Part shown: piece after piece, positions 56,843 through 64,000 of the stretch
Layout: each line of letters opens with the position of its first letter
Numbering within the stretch: position 1 is the stretch's first letter
Source: Octopus vulgaris
Lineage: Eukaryota
DNA length: 64,000 bases
Reading direction: 5' to 3'
NCBI GenBank assembly: GCA_951406725.2
Contig: OX597822.1
Coordinates: 107,942,001-108,006,000 of the forward strand
Translations under genes and position numbers: made by a program
The notes under the pieces: model-generated
Database searches by the model: none
Told to the model about the DNA's origin: nothing
The model's input: the letters and a program-made list of their open reading frames with translations, nothing else

Positions 56843-57521
56843 TCGAGTGCAACTCCTATTGCGTTTTGCATAACATTTTGAGATGATCGCCGTGTATAGG
56901 TTTAACATGTAAACAACATTCCGATACATAAGTGTCAATCGGATTTTATAAAGTGCACAAGTCACAGCTTAATTCTTAGAAAAAAGAAATTCAGCCGATG
57001 ATCACACACCAATCTTGAACTGTACTACTTTGCTTCAACTACTGATGAGAACATTATTTTCAGAATCTTTAATGTCTGGTTAAAAACTTTTATCTATGAA
57101 AATAAGCTAGGAAGATATAGTAGATTTACATACACTTGTAACACAATCCAAAGATCCTGGAATATAAATAGAGAGAATTAGTGATAAAATAGGTTAGGAT
57201 ATGAATTTGCGATTACCAATGTCGGTAACAATGATAAGAGCTAAAAAAATGTGAGAGTAAATATATTCTTTGAAGTATGTTATGCTTATTAATTCCTCAA
57301 CTTAACTTAAACAATGTTCCTATCTTTATCTAATTACACCATTAGGAAGACGTACAATCATTGGCAAGTTAACTAACGTAAAGGTGCAGCAAGTTGTTTT
57401 CAATATATGATAATCGAAGATCCCTTAATCAATAGAGCGCTGAATTCCGACTTACTATGACTGTATCACAAAGATGATTGAATAGTAAAAAAGTTCTAAC
57501 CTTATCAGGATTGAAATATAT

Positions 57522-57748
57522 ATTTCTTTACTACCCACAAGGGGCTAAACACAGAGGGAACAAACAAGGACAGACAAACCGATTAAGTCGATTCCATCGA
57601 CCCCAGTGCGTAACTGGTACTTAATTTATCGACCCCGAAAGGATGAAAGGCAAAGTTGACCTCGGCGGAATTTGAACTCACAACGTAACGGCAGACGAAA
57701 AACGGCTACGCATTTCGCCCGGGGTGCTACCGTTTCTGCCAGTTCGTC
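57522..57748 (-). mobile_element. Nin/Deu-domain-type tRNA SINE
   Basis: Homologous to 26718-26921. Confidence 0.82.
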
Positions 57749-60700
57749 AATATATCGCATTAGTTTCGTAACTGATTATATCATTTATAGCGCCCTATAT
57801 GCTGACCATGCACCACCAAGCTACATATTGTCATTAAGATACAGTTTATTCTAGGACTGTAGATGGAACCCATTCAAGCTGTGATGATCCCGTATTTTAC
57901 TGTTTTCATTATTTTAAGTGCAGCCGGTCCCATTCTATACATTCCAACTTGTTCTTAATTTTTGCTGTGAAAATGATGCGATCTCAAGCTGATATACTGG
58001 TTATTTTTACAAGGTCAGTTAACAATATTGATGGTTGTATGCAGGTTTAGAACCAGGTTGTGAGTTGTACGAGGTGAATGGAAATGTCGTAGCAGATGAC
58101 TGAACAGCCTTCATGAAACAGCCAATAAATGGGGTTAATTAATCTGTCAGTCACGTCACTATCTCTCTTTCTCTTCCCCTTACTTGTGTATTCCGTGTTA
58201 ATTCAGACGAATATACACATTCCAAATATTTTAACTAGATATTATATTGATTCATATTTAATATTGTTCAACAATTGTTGTATGAAAGAGAAAGAAAAGA
58301 GTGTCTTGTATATAAACAGTGAGTCTACGATCGAATAATACTTGCTAAACACGGCTAGAAACTTAAATCTGGCCAAAATAATTGGAATCTCTGCCAACGT
58401 ACATGCCAAAACAAGATAGATCCTTCTTAAGAGATACTTCAATTGTGTTATTACAGTAAATAAACATACGTGTCTAAAATATAGCAGACAAAATTGTACC
58501 AATTGTTATTGAATTTAAATTTATCAGAAACCAAATATTAAAGCATGCCTCGGCGAATAATTCATCAAGTTAGTTTAACCTCTGGATAAGTATTGTCTAC
58601 ATAATTCAAAGGCAAACTACATCATTGAATACGAGTTAGCATCCAATATTTTATACACTTCAACATCTTTTCTTGTACTCTCGTCTATCCTCAACTGTAT
58701 CTGAACAATAGACCATGATTACCCTGCAAACTTACAACGAATATGATTAGTTATAAAATAAACGTTTATAAGAATTGTGGTATATTTGTCTCTATATCAA
58801 CGAAAAGATGTGCTAGACAAGACAAATACGTCCGTCTATTATTGGTGCGTAAAAGGAGATAAATTTATGTATCAGCAAAAACCGTTAACAAAGATTTCTG
58901 CTTCCAGTTGTGAAAATAAAATAGTAATTACGTGTTGAGAAAGATAGATTTTTCTATCATCTATATAATCTTTTCATAGTGTGAATAACATTTACTGTTT
59001 GCTCACTAGTTTTCAGGAAGGGCGGAATAATTGCTTACGAAGTATATTTCACCATTTCGTTCATTCTCTTTATAATATCAAAATAGAACTCTCAACAAAC
59101 CGATAATAATGGAGTTGAAAAAGAAAATAAAGAGATAGTGATGATGATGACGGCGATGAAGAAGAGGGTGAGGGAGTTAAGAGAAATAAATATTGTTATT
59201 TATAACTTGAGTAGATATTTAGAGAATAAAATCCGTCAATACATTTGTGTCACCAGTTTTAAATAGAACCTAATTAATAACAAAGAAGATTTATTGCACC
59301 AACTCGTGTAGTATGAGAATATATATTCGGTCGATATAGATATTAAAAAGGAATATCTCATCATTGGCACTTTGCTATCACGTGACTTTTGCTATCCTTG
59401 GGTTTAATTAAATATAGCACAAATTAATTTTCGAAAATGTCAGTTTTAAATTGCCGCAGGATGAGAAATATTTAAAGTTAGTTACACTTCTAATAATACC
59501 AATTTTGTGAACAAACTAGAAAGCTGACAAACTTCCAATTTTCATTGATTAAAATATTTCCAACATATTTTCTAACGGCAGCGATGGTCCTGATGAGGCT
59601 TTGGTGTTGTTTGAATAATTATCTATCTTCATCACATTATATTTCAAGCAACACAATAAATTAGACCGTATATAATATTGGAATCTCTATCAATGAGATT
59701 TAATGACTAGAGGAGGCATATTATATAAATTACCTAAACATTACAGCAACATTACTACGATATAGCTGCGTCCTTTGCTGTCGATGCTCTTTTAAGTTTG
59801 TCGACACCACAACTGAATAAAAAAAAAAACATATAATCAAATGTGTTCAACAATGAGATGCAGTGATTTAGTTTTGTCAGTCTTTCTTTAACTAGACTCG
59901 TATTCCGGATGTCCTCTTCATCATTTAAGACAACAAGAAAACAAATGACAGTTTTTGTTTTAGCAGATTCATCCACCAGTAAAGCTAGTAACGCGTCTTG
60001 TGCTTGCATCTCTATTGTGTATAAAAAGTGTATAGCAAAGAAAATATGCATTTGTAATAGTGCTTTTCTTTTAATGCAGGCTTTATAAAAATAGCGCAGT
60101 TATTTAAAGCTATATTTCACTTATACCGTAAAACAATATTACATATTGCATAATATATTATGAAACTATAACAAAAGCTATGTTATATCAATATTATCAC
60201 TGAAAAACCTTTAAATACTTTTGAAAAACCTGTAAATATTTCTAACAATTTCTTCAATTTTATTTTTAATAGAATCTCGATCGATATAAGGCTATAATTT
60301 AAGAATCAGAAGATACAAAATCATGAAAAGAGGTTCACTCGATACATAATTGCAAAATAAGCTCGGACAAAGTGGATTTAGTTGGTGAAAACCTGTACTC
60401 AATAGATTCTTGAAAGAACGGGGAATTACTCACAATCATGGTAGGGACTAGTCGCATAGTATAAAAAGGAATCAGCTAAGTAACTTTGGCGAATCTAGTT
60501 TATGTATATATTTAATGATGTTTTGAATGAATGAGTGTAGATATGAATAAATATCTAAACAAGAAATAAATTTAATGGAACTTCAGTTAGGAAACAGATA
60601 GTTTATTAAGCTTTTGTCATTTGCGTGATTCGAAGCTTGTATAGCACTGCAACCTATTTTCATTTGGCTGATCTCGTGTCAAGATATTTCTTTAATAATA

Positions 60701-62453
60701 TCGCAAGAACATGAGCTGAAATATGTGATACACGTGATCCCAATGAAATCTCAACTCCACTTTTGTGAACTTTAGGCCTTTTCATAACCTATAAACCTCG
60801 TACTAATTTAGATTTTATAGATTGTAGCAAAGGTATATCAAAGTTGAATTTATCAACGCTGCCTCTCCCCTATATATTTCTGAATATAAGGTTGTGTAAA
60901 AACAAAATCAATATTTCAAAGTGCTGATCAATTAGATAGAAAGTTATGCCGATACATAATGTAAACGAAGCATTGAACAGTCATAATTTCCTATAAATAA
61001 ATTGTTTATTGCAGATTTAATCTATACGTTTCAAATTTGTTTCTCCACTACATCGATTGATATTTAGCAAGTTTTCGTTATTCCATTTATTGTAATTGTT
61101 TGTCCGATTTTATTAGTTATATCATTTTCGCAAATCCATTAAAAGTTCGATAAAGTATGCATGCATTCTAAATTATAAATTGAATTTATTTTATCGTGTA
61201 ATCTTTATGAAATTTTATTAATAACTTCTAAACGAAATGGATTAACTCCGTGAATATTTCAAAATTGTAATCACTTAATTGAAAGAGCTTCACTAAGTGA
61301 CATTTTACTTTTTTTTTCTAACAATGTGTTACGAATAAAATCAGCAGAGGGCAGAAGAACTGCAATAAATTTGAGATAGAAATTTGGTATAAAAATATAG
61401 AAAATATATTTCTAGAAAATTAAAATTGTGAAGGCATTTTTTTTTTCTTTTATAATGAAATTTTGGATAAATCAAGTCAATTGATTTCGGTTCGAATAGG
61501 GATTCAAAATAAAGCAACGGGTACATAAATCAGAGCATATATTTTATGTTAAATATCTAATTGTTAGTCCATGATGTTCTTAGTATCCTTTTGACATTTG
61601 TTCATATGCTATTAATCATATATGAAGCATGATTTGTGTTTCATAAGCCGCTTGAGATCACTGCTGAAAAATTACCAGCGTAAAATTTTGATAACTCATC
61701 AACATCGGTACATTCTCACAATTGAATAAGAAAGACTAGCAAATGGCTTTTACAATAATGGTTTTGTGGTTTTATTTTAGTGTGTCATAAATCTATGATG
61801 AGAAATTAAACCATTTCCAACGAGTTGCAAGGAGATACGCCCACTTTACAAACTTAATATCATAAACGCCTATTGTGTAACTAGTCAAAAGTATCAATAA
61901 AATACATGGATATAACGAAAGTCCTTATAAATATACATACAAACACACCGGAAATCTGACTCATCAAAATTCTTCCTGTCCTTCAGCCTCTGTATACTTC
62001 ATACTCTCACCCCCTATCTCTCTCTCCCTCTCTCTCTCTCTCTCTTTGCTTATCTCTCTACGTGCATATATGCATATTCACTGTAGCTCACTCACGCTTA
62101 AACGCACCAGCTTATGGGTGGCGGGAATCAAATCCTAATGGAATCGTATAGGCAGGATCCAGACATACAATGTATGTTGGGTAAAATTTCATTTGCTAGA
62201 GACAAGTTCCGCCCCAGATTCAACAACAGGTGGTTTCATTCCGAAGGAGAGATACCTAGCCGGAGAGGCAGGAACAAAGGGACGAAAAAGCGGATAATCG
62301 ATCTAAGTAAAGGACTAGTATCTTACCTAACCAACCGAAAGGTAACTTGACGTTTGTGTGATTTAAACACCTAGCATAGCTAACCAAGATGATTACTACA
62401 AAACCACTTATTGTATGCTTTATCCACACACAAAACACACACACGTATATATA

Positions 62454-62492
<39 letters not shown>

Positions 62493-62703
62493 TTCCAAGG
62501 AATCTAATGATCTTGGCTTAGATTTTCCTTTGGGGCTGGCCAAATCGGAGCACTCTCAAGATTAATCAGCCGAAATTGCTAGGATAATCCGGTTCTTGAC
62601 TGAAGATTGAAGGCTTCGAATGTCGCGTCCATGTTTTTTGTATCGTCTTCTAATGTTTTGCGTTCTTGTCCCAGTTTATATTTTTTTACATATACATACA
62701 TAC

Positions 62704-62776
<73 letters not shown>

Positions 62777-62779
<3 letters not shown>

Positions 62780-63510
62780 CGTGTCCGAATACACTGTATA
62801 CACACTTTAAATAATTGTAAAGTAGGTGTTTATTAAAATACATTTTATTTTCAAAATTTAATAGAATCTATAGGCATTCTCCTATTGTTTTGTCAGCGCC
62901 TGTTTTCAAACTGACGTCCGTTCTGGTCCAAGCACTGCTGACAACGCAAATCACTGGAATCGCAAACATCACGAAACAATTCGTTTGGTATTCGTGTACA
63001 TTGTCACTCAATGGCAGCTCTGAAATCAGTGACTGTTGCAGGTTTCATACCCTAGATGTTGTCTTTTAGATACCCCCATAAAAAAGTCTAGTGATGCGAG
63101 ATCTGGTGATCGCGGAGGGTACTCAACGAAACCCCTTCGTCCATTTCACCTGTTTGGCAACATCTCCTCAAGGAAGGATCATTCATCACGATGGTAGTGT
63201 GTGGGTACCCCATCTTGCTGAAAATAAAACTCCCCATCTTCAAAGTCTTCTCTAATGATAGGCAGGACAGACTGTTGCATCAAGTTCAAGTAAGCAGGAC
63301 CAGTCACAGTAGCGTTTCAAAAGAATGGTCCAATTTTTCCTCTTGATGATAAGCCACACCACACTGTAATTCCTGGTAAATTAACACGGTGTTCCGCCAT
63401 AACATTGCCATAGTTTCTGTGGTGTTTTGCGGAACTTCCAGCTCTTTTTACACCAAGTTCATGTAACTATTGCGATCATTCTGTGAATTGCAACGAGTAG
63501 TTTTTAAATA
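62777..63510 (-). mobile_element. Tc1/mariner-superfamily (Tc3-like) transposase relic with TIR
   Basis: Minus strand [35 protein letters not shown]; TA-cagcgtgtcc TIR-like end at 62775-62786. Confidence 0.85.
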
Positions 63511-63546
63511 CAGTTTTAAAAAATTACGTCGTTAATAATTTCAAAC

Positions 63547-63587
<41 letters not shown>

Positions 63588-63618
63588 ATATATATATATT
63601 CATATATAAACACACGAG

Positions 63619-63655
<37 letters not shown>

Positions 63656-63722
63656 CTGAGCTGAAACTAAATTAAAAAAATATATATATATATATCAAAT
63701 ATAATGTTGATATATATGAACA

Positions 63723-63786
<64 letters not shown>

Positions 63787-63790
<4 letters not shown>

Positions 63791-63985
63791 GGTCCCGGGT
63801 TGAGTCGGAGTTAACCACAGTAAATAAGGTACTCAATACATAGCAGAGTAAATTAATTTATTTTATAGAAGGAGTTTACAGGACTAGAACTGTTTCATTC
63901 AAACGAAATCATCAGGAAGCTTCCTGATGATTTCTTTGAATGAAACAGTTCTAGTCCTGTAAAGCTCCTTCTATAAAATAAAAGA
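63787..63985. mobile_element. Foldback mini-element, family B: loopless palindrome with mirrored hammerhead cores
   Basis: 63858-63982 is palindromic about aggaag|cttcct; CTGATGA-tttc.tttgaat-GAAA-cagttctag-TC on both strands; 70 bp extension on the left. Confidence 0.8.
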
Positions 63986-64000
63986 AAAAAAAATATATAT

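Noticed and set aside
59590-59630. CTGATGAGGC motif
   Set aside because: No GAAA or stem III follows
59755-60051. 98 aa non-repetitive ORF (also 30770-31042 and 41360-41626)
   Set aside because: No recognisable domain or splice context; cannot be supported without a homology search

Overview
AT-rich, microsatellite-saturated eukaryotic non-coding DNA with no recognisable host gene. The tRNA-derived SINE families, RTE LINE and (TA)n/(CA)n/(TATC)n load resemble a coleoid cephalopod (Octopus-like) genome; this is inference. Most listed ORFs are microsatellite read-through. The real content is transposon relics: an RTE LINE, Penelope-like elements (PLE), R4/Dong fragments in (TAA)n, a deleted Gypsy element with both LTRs, Tc1/mariner relics, Helitron- and Helentron-like non-autonomous elements, a MITE and many SINEs. 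The most notable signal is a recurring architecture of about ten asymmetric foldback inserts anchored in (TA)n tracts. The largest is a 5'-truncated PLE (RT C-terminus + GIY-YIG) with about 1.55 kb inverted pLTR arms. Several inserts carry type I minimal hammerhead ribozymes from at least four unrelated sequence families, including a recurrent CCGAnGA core variant. This suggests a diverse, microsatellite-targeting, ribozyme-bearing PLE/mini-element system. All coordinates were read by eye and are approximate.
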